Shown in pieces: positions 45,999-54,746 of a stretch of DNA of 64,000 nt. The stretch's first letter is position 1; each line of letters starts with the position of its first letter. Under the pieces are notes generated by a model. It saw nothing but the letters and a program-made list of their open reading frames with translations, did no database searches and was not told the DNA's origin. The DNA is from Dehalococcoidia bacterium (GTDB taxonomy: Bacteria; Chloroflexota; Dehalococcoidia; DSTF01; JACRBR01), in NCBI GenBank assembly GCA_021731085.1, contig JAKFYB010000007.1, positions 32,907 to 96,906 on the forward strand. The letters run 5' to 3'. A program made the position numbers and the translations under genes.

Positions 45999-46144
45999 CG
46001 CGGTTGCCCTTCACAAGCAGGATGCCCCGCAAGCAGCCGCGTACACAGTGAATGCGTTCACACAGAGTGGGCTTGTAGGGGTCGACCTATGTGTCGGCCC
46101 GTCATTGGCCGGATGAATCCCCGGTTTCGGTACCCGCGTTAGCG

Positions 46145-46675
46145 TCAGGCGCGACGCCAGATTGGCTCGAGGTCGCGCTCGCCATCGTCCCCCGCTTCCG
46201 GCAGGCGGTATTCGTCGTCATCGTCCAACAGATACAGCGCTTGTGCCGCGAGCAGTTCGCAAAGTTCGAGCCCGAACTGGACGAGGATCTTGAAGTCCTC
46301 GGGCGCCGTCGCCGGGTCAGCGTCGTCATCCATGACGGTGACGGCGGGGACAACGGCTGTGACGTAGGTGTTCGTGATGTAGAGCGACAGGTCGAGGCCC
46401 TTGAGCTTGCCCTGCACTTTCATTGCCGTCTCACGCTCGGCGTCGAGCTGACCGAGGCCATCGGCAATCGACGCGACGGCCTGGTCGCCCACCTCGGGCA
46501 CACCGATCGTGACGCTGTCGATCTTGTCGAGCGAGTACTCGAGCGCGGCGGCGGCCTCCGGCAGCGTCGCCGGATCGATGCCGTCGACGTAGACGGCGAA
46601 GGTGAGGCTACGCTTAACGAGCTCGTTGAACTGGAGCCAGGGGTTGGTCGTGAGATCTTCGTACGTCTTGGGCAT
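46145..46675 (-). CDS. hypothetical acidic protein
   Basis: Trimmed to MPKTYEDL. There is no signal peptide and the C-terminus is very acidic (LLDDDDEYRLPEAGDDGERD). No family recognised. Confidence 0.45.
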   Translation of the reverse strand: MPKTYEDLTTNPWLQFNELVKRSLTFAVYVDGIDPATLPEAAAALEYSLDKIDSVTIGVPEVGDQAVASIADGLGQLDAERETAMKVQGKLKGLDLSLYITNTYVTAVVPAVTVMDDDADPATAPEDFKILVQFGLELCELLAAQALYLLDDDDEYRLPEAGDDGERDLEPIWRRA

Positions 46676-46723
46676 CTTGCTGGGCCTTCCTCTCGCTTCA
46701 TTGCCACCAAACACCGACGCGGC

Positions 46724-47224
46724 CTATTGGGCAGGGCAACTCAGATCAACGTCCACATCATTCTCTGTCGCGATGTCCTGCAGGGGCTGGCACGTCGCAT
46801 TAAACTCAGCAGTCAGATTGAAAAGCTCATCATTACCGGCAGCCTGCCGTAACGCATCGATTGTCTCAGCTGCCTGTACGTCATCGTTCACGTCTTCGGT
46901 CGCGTCAAGAACTGCCTCGCCAGCTTCGACAGCTTCATCGTGCGCGTCGGCGGCCTCGTCCGGAGGCGCAAGCGCGTTCATACCGTCGAGGAAGCTGTCC
47001 AGGCTGTCCGACATCGATTCGAATGCATCCTTCAACTCCTCCAGATCGTTGGATTCATTGAACGTCGCGAACGCTTCGTTCGAATCGGCCTCGTAGTCTT
47101 CAACTAGGCCTTCGACCTCCTCGAAGTACGCGTCCAGCGAAAACGCATTGCCGTCATCATCACAGCCCGCGAGCAGGAATGCGGCGCACACCATCGTCGT
47201 GATACCAAGTACGAGGCGGTTCAT
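46724..47224 (-). CDS. acidic lipoprotein, unknown family (paralogue 1)
   Basis: Trimmed to MNRLVLGITTMVCAAFLLAGC (lipobox). The conserved C-terminus is FNATCQPLQ...DLSCPAQ. Confidence 0.6.
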   Translation of the reverse strand: MNRLVLGITTMVCAAFLLAGCDDDGNAFSLDAYFEEVEGLVEDYEADSNEAFATFNESNDLEELKDAFESMSDSLDSFLDGMNALAPPDEAADAHDEAVEAGEAVLDATEDVNDDVQAAETIDALRQAAGNDELFNLTAEFNATCQPLQDIATENDVDVDLSCPAQ

Positions 47225-47286
47225 GCGTTCCTTCCATCTCCCGACGTCAGCCTGCCGCAATTGCGAGATGACCGGCGATCTCGAGT

Positions 47287-47805
47287 TTACTGCGGGCAGT
47301 CCAGCTCGATCTCGACACCGTTGTCGCTGGCGACTTGCTGTAGAGGCGCGCACGTCGCGTTGAACGCGTCGCTCAGTTCCTGCAATTCCGCGCTGCTTGC
47401 CGTTTCGACGAACGCATCGACGCTCTCGGTCGCCTGCGCGGCCTCGTTGACTTCCTCAAGCTCGGCTAGGAACGGTTCGCCGGCGCTCATGACATCCGCC
47501 TCAGCCGCTTCCGCCTCCGCAGGTGTCGCCAGTTCATCGAGCGCGGTGAGAAAATCGCTCAGGTCCCCCGGCAGCAAGGCGAATGCAGTCTTGAGTTCAT
47601 CCACGTCGTCCGAGTCATTCAGGACAGAGAACGACGCGTCGTTATCAGCGACGTATGCGTCCACCAGGCCGTCTACCTGATCGAAGTACGCCTGCAGCGT
47701 CAACGTTTCGCCTTCCTCCGCTGCATCGTCATCGCCTCCACCGCATCCACCCGCCGCGAACAGCGTGAAAACTACGATAGGCAGGGCTACCAACAAGCGC
47801 TTCAT
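47287..47805 (-). CDS. acidic lipoprotein, unknown family (paralogue 2)
   Basis: Trimmed to MKRLLVALPIVVFTLFAAGGC (lipobox). The conserved C-terminus is FNATCAPLQ...ELDCPQ. It is collinear with 46724..47224. Confidence 0.6.
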   Translation of the reverse strand: MKRLLVALPIVVFTLFAAGGCGGGDDDAAEEGETLTLQAYFDQVDGLVDAYVADNDASFSVLNDSDDVDELKTAFALLPGDLSDFLTALDELATPAEAEAAEADVMSAGEPFLAELEEVNEAAQATESVDAFVETASSAELQELSDAFNATCAPLQQVASDNGVEIELDCPQ

Positions 47806-47840
47806 GCGATTTCCTCCTCGCGGCAATACCAACTGCTTCC

Positions 47841-49025
47841 CTACGGATACACCAACTCGCGTTCCAGCAGCGCTCGCGCAATCACAACCCGCTGCACCTG
47901 TGAAGTGCCTTCGACGATCATGAGCTGCCGCGCGTCGCGGTAGTGGCGTTCGAGCGGGTGGTCCATCATGTATCCCTGGGCGCCCAGCACCTGCAGCGCA
48001 TCGGATGAAACCTTCACCGCCGTCTCCGTCGCGAAGGCCTTGGCGATGCTCAGGTACGCCGCGTGCTCGCGCGAGTACAGCCCCTGATCCACGCGCCACG
48101 CTCCCTGGTACACGAGCAGTCGCGCCGCTTCGATCGCGATCGCCATCTCCGCGAACATGAACTGGATCGCCTGCAGCTCCGCGATCGGCTTGCCGAACGC
48201 CTCGCGCTGCCGCGCGAACTCGAGCGCGTACGTCATCGCGCCCTCCGCGAGGCCGACGCCGCGCGCGCCGACGACGGGGCGGCACGAGTTCAAGGTCATC
48301 ATCGCGTGGTTGAAGCCCTGACCTTCGGCTCCACCGATGAGGTTCTCGCGTGGGACGCGCACGTCTTCGAGCACGATGTCAGCCGTCGGCACCCCGCGCA
48401 CGCCCATCTTGCGATCCTGCCCTGCCACCTTGAACCCCGGTGAATTCGTCTCGACGATGAAGGCGGCGATGCCCTTCGGCCCGGCGACGGCCGACGAAGC
48501 GCCGTTCGTCTGCGTGCGCGCGAAGCAGATGATGTAGTCGGCGACGGTGCCGCCGCTGATGTACATCTTCTCGCCGTTGATGATGTAGTCGTCGCCGTCC
48601 TTCTTCGCGCTGGTCTCGAGATTGCCGGCGTCAGAGCCGTGGTTCGGCTCTGTCAGGCAGAACGCGCCCTTGATCTCGCCGGAGGCAATCCCCTTGCCGA
48701 TCCACTGCTTCTGCTTCTCGTCGCCGCCGATCATGACGGGCTGCGTCGGGAGGGCGGAGAGTAGCAGCATGAGGCCCGAGGCGCAGCAATACTTCGCAAC
48801 CTCTTCGACCGCGAGCGCGAGCGCGAGCATGCCCGCGCCCGACCCGCCGTATTCGGTCGGGATTGTGAGGCCCGTGAGCCCCGTGTCGGCGAAGGCCTGG
48901 AAGATGTCCTGCGGGTACTCGCCCGTGATGTCGAGCTCGGCGGCGCGGGGTGCGATGACGTCCTTAGAGACGCGGCGGGCCGTCTGCTGGATCAGGCGAT
49001 GTGATTCTGAGAGTTCGAAGTCCAT
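47841..49025 (-). CDS. acyl-CoA dehydrogenase
   Basis: Trimmed to MDFELSESHRLIQQTARR. Motifs CLTEPNHGSDAG, the catalytic-base region YEGTSQ-like IVEGTSQVQR, and RDARQLMI. Confidence 0.88.
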   Translation of the reverse strand: MDFELSESHRLIQQTARRVSKDVIAPRAAELDITGEYPQDIFQAFADTGLTGLTIPTEYGGSGAGMLALALAVEEVAKYCCASGLMLLLSALPTQPVMIGGDEKQKQWIGKGIASGEIKGAFCLTEPNHGSDAGNLETSAKKDGDDYIINGEKMYISGGTVADYIICFARTQTNGASSAVAGPKGIAAFIVETNSPGFKVAGQDRKMGVRGVPTADIVLEDVRVPRENLIGGAEGQGFNHAMMTLNSCRPVVGARGVGLAEGAMTYALEFARQREAFGKPIAELQAIQFMFAEMAIAIEAARLLVYQGAWRVDQGLYSREHAAYLSIAKAFATETAVKVSSDALQVLGAQGYMMDHPLERHYRDARQLMIVEGTSQVQRVVIARALLERELVYP

Positions 49026-49212
49026 GGTGCCTCGGCTGTGTGGAGCGCGGGCGCCCTCGCCCGCGGCAGATACGGGCAGGGTACTGGGGCTGGGCACTCG
49101 GCGCGAGACTGGTCGATATCCAGTTCGCCCCGCTGTAGCGTCAATAAACGGTGTACACTCCGTCTTAACTCCAAGATTGCCAATCAGCAAAGTACAAAGT
49201 AAGTGAGGACAC

Positions 49213-50643
49213 ATGCGGGCTCCCGCTCCTACAAGAATCTCCATCGCGGCGCTGGTTGCCGTCATCGGTCTACTCGCCGTGTTTGGCGGCACCCGTCCGG
49301 ACAGCGTGTCAGCTGCCGCCTTCATCGTGACTAAGACGGCGGACACGAACGACGGGACGTGCAACGCCGACTGCTCGCTGCGCGAGGCCGTCGTCGCCGC
49401 CAACGCACTTCCTGGGCACGACAACATTTCGATACCGAACGGGATCTACGCGCTCACAGGGGCTGCGGGCGAAAATGCGTCGGCAACCGGCGACCTCGAT
49501 GTCACCGACTCCGTTTCGTTCAACGGCTCCGGTATGACGACGACCCAGATCAACGGCAGTAGCATCGAAAATACGATCGAAGTGTTCGACAGTGCCGCGA
49601 CGCTCATCCTGACGGATCTGTCCGTGGGCAACGCGGACGGCGATGGGGTGCACGCGGCGGCCTCGAACGTCAGCCTCTTGAACGTCGTTGTTGGCGAAAA
49701 TACCGACGATGGCGTGGAGACGACGAGCGGCAATGTGGAACTCCTCAGCGCATGGGCGGCTGGGAACCTCAGCGACGGAATCGTCACGACCTCCGGCAAC
49801 GTCACCGTCACGCGCAGTACAGTCAGCAACAACGGGGACGACGGCGTCGAGACCGCTACCGGCAATATCATAACGACGAACTCGACGATCTCCACGAACA
49901 CCAGCGACGGACTGGTTGTGGAGGACGCCAACATCACGGTGAACTGGTCGACGGTCGCGTTGAATGAGTCCGAGGGTGTACAGGCAACGGAAAGCGGGCT
50001 GATCGTTTTCCACGGCGCGCTGATTGCCAACAATACGGAAGCTGACTGCTCGCCAACCGTCGAAGCCAGCGACAACAGCATGGACACAGACGGTACCTGC
50101 GACCTTAGCGGCGGCGAGGTCTCCAACGGCACCGCAAACCTGGGGCCGCTGCAGAACAATGGCGGCCCAACGCTGACACACGCGTTGTTGACGGGAAGCG
50201 ACGCGATCGACGCCGGCGGAGCGAGCTGCCCCGAAGACGACCAGCGTGGCGAAGAGCGATTCCAGGGCGCAGCCTGCGACACCGGCGCCTACGAAGGCGT
50301 ATCGACCGCGCCAACATCGACGCCAACGGCGCAAGCGACTGCTACGCCGTGCACAGGTGCGTGTCCGACGGCGACACCGACAACCGAAACCATTCGGACG
50401 CACACACCGACAATCACAACTACGCCGGCGGCAACGACCACGACCGCACCTTCGACCGGCACTCCGCCAGCAGCGACCGCAACAGCGAACACCGGCGGCG
50501 AGGGCGGCGACACGATCACGCCACCAGACACGGGCACCGGCCCTGGCGGCGGCCATTCGGGGCCGGGTTTGCTGGTTGCAGCGATGTTGATTGCGGTTGT
50601 GGGCATGGCGGCGATCGCGGCGGGTAGGAAGCTGCTTCGCTAA
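49213..50643 (+). CDS. CSLREA-motif, parallel beta-helix surface protein with Thr/Pro linker and C-terminal sorting-signal-like tail
   Basis: Signal peptide, then TNDGTCNADCSLREAVVAAN. Repeats of about 22 aa follow (DDGVETTSGNVELL, SDGIVTTSGNVTV...). Next is LGPLQNNGGPTLTHALL...DQRGEER...CDTGAYEG, a T/P-rich linker, and PPDTG plus a TM plus RKLLR. Confidence 0.8.
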   Translation: MRAPAPTRISIAALVAVIGLLAVFGGTRPDSVSAAAFIVTKTADTNDGTCNADCSLREAVVAANALPGHDNISIPNGIYALTGAAGENASATGDLDVTDSVSFNGSGMTTTQINGSSIENTIEVFDSAATLILTDLSVGNADGDGVHAAASNVSLLNVVVGENTDDGVETTSGNVELLSAWAAGNLSDGIVTTSGNVTVTRSTVSNNGDDGVETATGNIITTNSTISTNTSDGLVVEDANITVNWSTVALNESEGVQATESGLIVFHGALIANNTEADCSPTVEASDNSMDTDGTCDLSGGEVSNGTANLGPLQNNGGPTLTHALLTGSDAIDAGGASCPEDDQRGEERFQGAACDTGAYEGVSTAPTSTPTAQATATPCTGACPTATPTTETIRTHTPTITTTPAATTTTAPSTGTPPAATATANTGGEGGDTITPPDTGTGPGGGHSGPGLLVAAMLIAVVGMAAIAAGRKLLR

Positions 50644-50690
50644 GACGTCCGCGGCACAGGGCCACGCGCCTGGTCAGGGTCGAAGATCAG

Positions 50691-51173
50691 ATGGACGACC
50701 ACGTTCAAACGGGCCTCAAATTCGTCCCGATCTGGCGGAGGCTCAACGACGATCTGATTCGGCTCCTCCACGCGATCCCGGACGACAAGCTCGACTGGTC
50801 GCCGCGTGACGATCTGTGGGGCTTCCGCCGTCTCCTCGTGCATCTCGCGGCAGCGCGCGAGGAGTGGATGACGCGCGCTATCGACGATGGCGTGTGGAAC
50901 GTTGTCGACGGGCGGGATCACGAAACGCAGCAGGTCAGCAAGCCCCACATCGAAGAGATGCTACGAAGGACGTGGGATCGGATCGAGCACGTCTTCGCTG
51001 ACCAGGCGCAACTCGACGCCACGTACCGTGACAAGTGGTGGGACAAGGCCCCGCTGTACGACGGCCACTGGGTTGCCTTCCACCTCCTCGAACACGACAT
51101 CCACCACCGGGCGGACATGTTCCTGTACATGTCCCTCATGGGCGAGAAGCCGCCGCAGGTCTGGACTGTCTAG
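50691..51173 (+). CDS. DinB family protein
   Basis: ...LLVHLAAARE... and WVAFHLLEHDIHHRADM are the DinB His motifs. Length is 160 aa. Confidence 0.8.
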   Translation: MDDHVQTGLKFVPIWRRLNDDLIRLLHAIPDDKLDWSPRDDLWGFRRLLVHLAAAREEWMTRAIDDGVWNVVDGRDHETQQVSKPHIEEMLRRTWDRIEHVFADQAQLDATYRDKWWDKAPLYDGHWVAFHLLEHDIHHRADMFLYMSLMGEKPPQVWTV

Positions 51174-51190
51174 CGGCACCCCGCGAACGA

Positions 51191-51919
51191 TTACCTCCCG
51201 AACACCGACACGATGTTACGGCTCGCTCCGTCGTACGGCCTCCGGTCCCACGCACCCCACCGCTCGCGCAGCCGCAGCCCCGCAATCCGCGCCATCAGGT
51301 CCATCTCCGACGGCCAGATGTGTCGCGTGACGATCGGGAACAGCCGCACGCCGCCCGGCGACAGCGACACGTGACTCTCGTCGAGGAGCTGCGTCACTGG
51401 GTCGTAGCGCGCCACATCCAGCCGCACTTCCTTCAGCTCGACCGACTCCGCATGCACGTACTGATTGTCGCTGAGGTGCAACGCTCCGTGCGGGAGCGCC
51501 TCAACGACGAAGACTCCGTCATCCGTGAGGTGGTTGGCGACGTTGATGAAGCACTGCACCTGGTCGTCCTGCGTCAGCAGATTGTGGATCGTGTTGTAGA
51601 CGACGTAGATGAGGCGATATGTGCTATCTACGGGCACATCGCGATAGTTCCCCATCGTCACCGGGATGTCCGTACCACCCGGCTGCGTGCGCAAGACATC
51701 AACCATCGCCTGCGATATCTCGATGCCGTCGAGGCGGACGCCTGTCGCCGCCAGCGGCCGCGCGATCCGCCCGGTGCCGATCGCCAATTCGAGCGCGCGT
51801 TCATCGCCTGCAAGATCTCGCAGAAACGCCACCGTCTCGTCCTCATCCCCGCGCAGACGATATGGATCGCCTTCCGCGATCGCCGGCCCAAAACTCTTCG
51901 CCGGATCAAAATCCTTCAT
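51191..51919 (-). CDS. class I SAM-dependent methyltransferase
   Basis: Motif I is ALELAIGTGRIA. The ATG overlaps the stop of the upstream gene (ATGA at 51916-51919). Confidence 0.8.
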   Translation of the reverse strand: MKDFDPAKSFGPAIAEGDPYRLRGDEDETVAFLRDLAGDERALELAIGTGRIARPLAATGVRLDGIEISQAMVDVLRTQPGGTDIPVTMGNYRDVPVDSTYRLIYVVYNTIHNLLTQDDQVQCFINVANHLTDDGVFVVEALPHGALHLSDNQYVHAESVELKEVRLDVARYDPVTQLLDESHVSLSPGGVRLFPIVTRHIWPSEMDLMARIAGLRLRERWGAWDRRPYDGASRNIVSVFGR

Positions 51920-52917
51920 ACGATGTCATCTCCTTGAAGTAGGTCTCCCTTGCTGTTTCCTTCGCTCGCTCCCCTCTCCCGCTCTGGGAGAGGGGCCGGG
52001 GGTGAGGGCCCCGCGATGTCATCAAGCACCGCCTCTATCGACCGGCGTCCACGCGCGACCTGCGCCGGAAACGTCTCCTTGTAGTACGGCAGCGCCCCCG
52101 CGCCCATCAACGCCCAACCGCGAGCCCGCACCCACGTCGCGTCGTCCGGCTGCATCGCCTCGCGAAAGATGCGCCTCCCTTCCGGAGGCAGCACCGTCCA
52201 AGCGACGCTCATGTCGCACGCCGGATCCCCGCCAGCCCCCAGGCAACCGAAATCGATCACGGCGCTCAGCCGTCCGTCGTGGACAAGAATGTTGCTCGAA
52301 GCCATGTCCCCATGGATCCAGACCGGCGGCCCTGTCCACTTTGGCGCTGAGAGCGCCTCCTCCCACGCATCGCGGAGCGCATCCGTGTCCACGATCCCTT
52401 CCCAGTGCGGAAAGGCTTCGCGCAAACGCTCGTCTCGCGCAGCCAGCGGCACGCCTCGATAGAAGCTGTGCGCGCCCGGTGGCGGCCCATCGGTCGGGTC
52501 GATGCGCTGTAGCGACTGGACGAAGCGCGCGACATCGAGGGCGAAGTCGCGCCCACTGGCGCGATCGGGCGTCGCGTCCTCGCCCGGCATCCAGGGCGAG
52601 ACAACCCACTGGAAGGGAAATCCCTCTCCAGGCTCGCCCTTCGCAAGCGGCACCGGGATGGCCACCGAAAGCTGCGGCGCCAGCCAGGGCAACCATCTAC
52701 ATTCCTTCTCAGGCTGGCCCGCCGCCCACTCAATCCGCGGCAAGCGAACGGACATCGCTTCGCCGAGCCGGTAGATCGCGTGGTCAGTCCCGCCATGTGG
52801 CAGAGGCTTGATCGGCAGGTCCGCCCACTGCGGATGCTGCCTCAGTAACAATCGCCGCACCAGATCGACGTCAGTGTCGATCTCGTCGGCATGCATGCGG
52901 ACCGTATTCACAAACAT
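51916..52917 (-). CDS. aminoglycoside phosphotransferase (APH)/kinase-like family protein with a repeat-derived C-terminal extension
   Basis: WIHGDMASSNILVHDGRLSAVIDFGCLGAGGDPACD is the Brenner/APH motif HGD..N plus DFG-like. The last approximately 30 aa (GPSPPAPLPERERGASEG...) are encoded by a hairpin element. Confidence 0.8.
   Translation of the reverse strand: MFVNTVRMHADEIDTDVDLVRRLLLRQHPQWADLPIKPLPHGGTDHAIYRLGEAMSVRLPRIEWAAGQPEKECRWLPWLAPQLSVAIPVPLAKGEPGEGFPFQWVVSPWMPGEDATPDRASGRDFALDVARFVQSLQRIDPTDGPPPGAHSFYRGVPLAARDERLREAFPHWEGIVDTDALRDAWEEALSAPKWTGPPVWIHGDMASSNILVHDGRLSAVIDFGCLGAGGDPACDMSVAWTVLPPEGRRIFREAMQPDDATWVRARGWALMGAGALPYYKETFPAQVARGRRSIEAVLDDIAGPSPPAPLPERERGASEGNSKGDLLQGDDIV
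51971..51995. repeat. perfect 10-bp hairpin CCCCTCTCCC-GCTCT-GGGAGAGGGG followed by GGCCGGGGGTGAGGGCC, inside the 3' end of the APH-like CDS
   Basis: Read directly from the sequence. In the opposite frame it encodes PSPALGEGPGVRA-like peptides, which are typical of dispersed GC-rich repeat elements. Confidence 0.5.
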
Positions 52918-53246
52918 CTCCTCGAATCACGTACACGTAGATATGCCCCGCGGCATGGCCGCGAGGTGATGTGAGTGCGCAAGTCCGGAGGAGATGTGGT
53001 TGTCGGCTAGTCCGCGGCTCTCATCCGGCAGGCGCGAGAGGTAGATGTTGAGAACATTGTCGTGCCTCCATCGAGTCGTTGGCCGGATGTCCACGGCCAC
53101 TGCGCGAACTGTAGAGATTGGACTAACGAGTTGTCAAACCGCTGTGGCACAACTCTCCGTTTCCAGTGTCCAGCCTCTAGCTTCCAGCCTCGCTATCTTG
53201 ATGCTGACAACGCCAAAGGACACCCTTCCTACAAAGGACCGCCATC

Positions 53247-54212
53247 ATGACGACCGTCAAGGACTTCATCACTCGCAACTATCGCCACTTCAATGCAGCC
53301 GTCGTCATCGACTCGGCACAGGCCTACGTCGACCATCTGGCCGGTGGCGGGAAGATGCTCGTGACGCTCGCGGGCGCGATGTCTACGGCGGAACTCGGCC
53401 TGTCACTGGCCGACATGATCCGCGCAGGCAAGGTGGACGCGATCTGTTGCACGGGCGCGAACCTTGAGGAAGACATCTTCAACCTCGTCGCCCACGATCA
53501 CTACGTCCGCGTCCCCAACTACCGCACATTGTCGGACGCCGATGAGGTCGCGCTGCTCGAAAAGGGCCTGAACCGCGTTACCGACACCTGCATCCCCGAA
53601 GAGGAAGCGATGCGCCGCATCGAGCGACGCGTCCTCGAACTGTGGAAGCAGGCGTCGGCGAAGGGCGAGCGCTATTTCCCGTACGAGTACATGTACCTGC
53701 TCATCGAGAGCGGCACGATCGATGAGTTCTTCCAGATCGACCCGAAGGATTCATGGATGGTCGCGGCGTGTGAGAAGAAGCTGCCCATCTTCGTCCCCGG
53801 CTGGGAGGACTCAACGCTGGGCAATGTGTTTGTCGCCGCTGCCATTCGCGGCGACGTGCAGTACAACTGCGTGAAGTCCGGCCTCGAAACCATGGGCTGG
53901 CTCGTCGACTGGTACAAGCAGAACACCGTCGACGCATCGATCGGCTTCTTCCAGATCGGCGGCGGCATCGCGGGCGACTTCCCGATCTGCGTCGTGCCCC
54001 TCATTCAGCAAGACCTCAAGCAGGACTGCAAGCTCTGGGGATACTTCTCGCAGATCTCCGACAGCACGACGTCCTACGGGTCCTACAGCGGCGCCGTGCC
54101 GAACGAGAAGATCACCTGGGGCAAACTGGCCGTCGACACGCCGCGCTTCGTCATCGAGTCCGACGCAACGATCGTCGCCCCGCTGATGTTCGCGTACATC
54201 CTGGAGCAGTAA
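53247..54212 (+). CDS. deoxyhypusine synthase family protein (bacterial homologue)
   Basis: 321 aa. The sequences ...MLVTLAGAMSTAELG..., ...DAICCTGANLEEDIF... and ...FQIGGGIAGDFP... are typical of the DHS/homospermidine-synthase-like fold. Confidence 0.8.
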   Translation: MTTVKDFITRNYRHFNAAVVIDSAQAYVDHLAGGGKMLVTLAGAMSTAELGLSLADMIRAGKVDAICCTGANLEEDIFNLVAHDHYVRVPNYRTLSDADEVALLEKGLNRVTDTCIPEEEAMRRIERRVLELWKQASAKGERYFPYEYMYLLIESGTIDEFFQIDPKDSWMVAACEKKLPIFVPGWEDSTLGNVFVAAAIRGDVQYNCVKSGLETMGWLVDWYKQNTVDASIGFFQIGGGIAGDFPICVVPLIQQDLKQDCKLWGYFSQISDSTTSYGSYSGAVPNEKITWGKLAVDTPRFVIESDATIVAPLMFAYILEQ

Positions 54213-54227
54213 CGCCGGAGTCTCTTG

Positions 54228-54575
54228 CTAGCCATCGATCGACACGGTGGGTTCAGGTTCCTCTGCGAACAGAATCGCTTCCGCCTCTTCCGCGTCTCGC
54301 CTGCGAACCAGGACTTCCCAGCCCCATAACTGCGGCGAAACGCCACCGGGCATGAAGGGCCCCTGCCGGTTGCGCACATACGCCGGCATCCCCAGCGCAT
54401 CAAGTTTCGCGCGCATCACCTCGATCTCCATGTGTGCGCCCGGCCCTGCAACAACGACCGGCTCGTCAGGATCACCCTCGTCCGTCGCAGGGCGGGTTGC
54501 GCTGTGCAGCAGCCAGCCGATCAGGAGCATCACGATGATCGCGGTGATCGCGGCAAGAAGAACGAACTCCGACAT
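54228..54575 (-). CDS. DUF2007-like (putative signal-transducing) domain protein with N-terminal TM
   Basis: TM segment FVLLAAITAIIVMLLIGWLL. The C-terminal domain of about 70 aa (EIEVMRAKLDALGMPAYVRN...VLVRRRDAEEAEAIL) is DUF2007-like. Confidence 0.55.
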   Translation of the reverse strand: MSEFVLLAAITAIIVMLLIGWLLHSATRPATDEGDPDEPVVVAGPGAHMEIEVMRAKLDALGMPAYVRNRQGPFMPGGVSPQLWGWEVLVRRRDAEEAEAILFAEEPEPTVSIDG

Positions 54576-54746
54576 CCAACCTCCGCCAAATGCGCAGATC
54601 CTGACACGACGGTGTCACCTGAAGCAGCATATCCTCACGCCCACTGCCATCACGCTGTCAGGACGTGTCTCGTAGCATGGCCATCGAGCGTCTGGAGGAC
54701 GGGCGCCCGCCCTCCCCCGCCGCAGCAAGACTCATAGGAGCCGCGC

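Noticed and set aside
50280-50520. Repetitive ACC/ACG/CCG-rich DNA that could look like a tandem repeat or CRISPR-like array.
   Set aside because: It is the Thr/Pro-rich stalk of the CSLREA protein. The repeats are in frame, are imperfect low-complexity sequence, and have no repeat-spacer periodicity.
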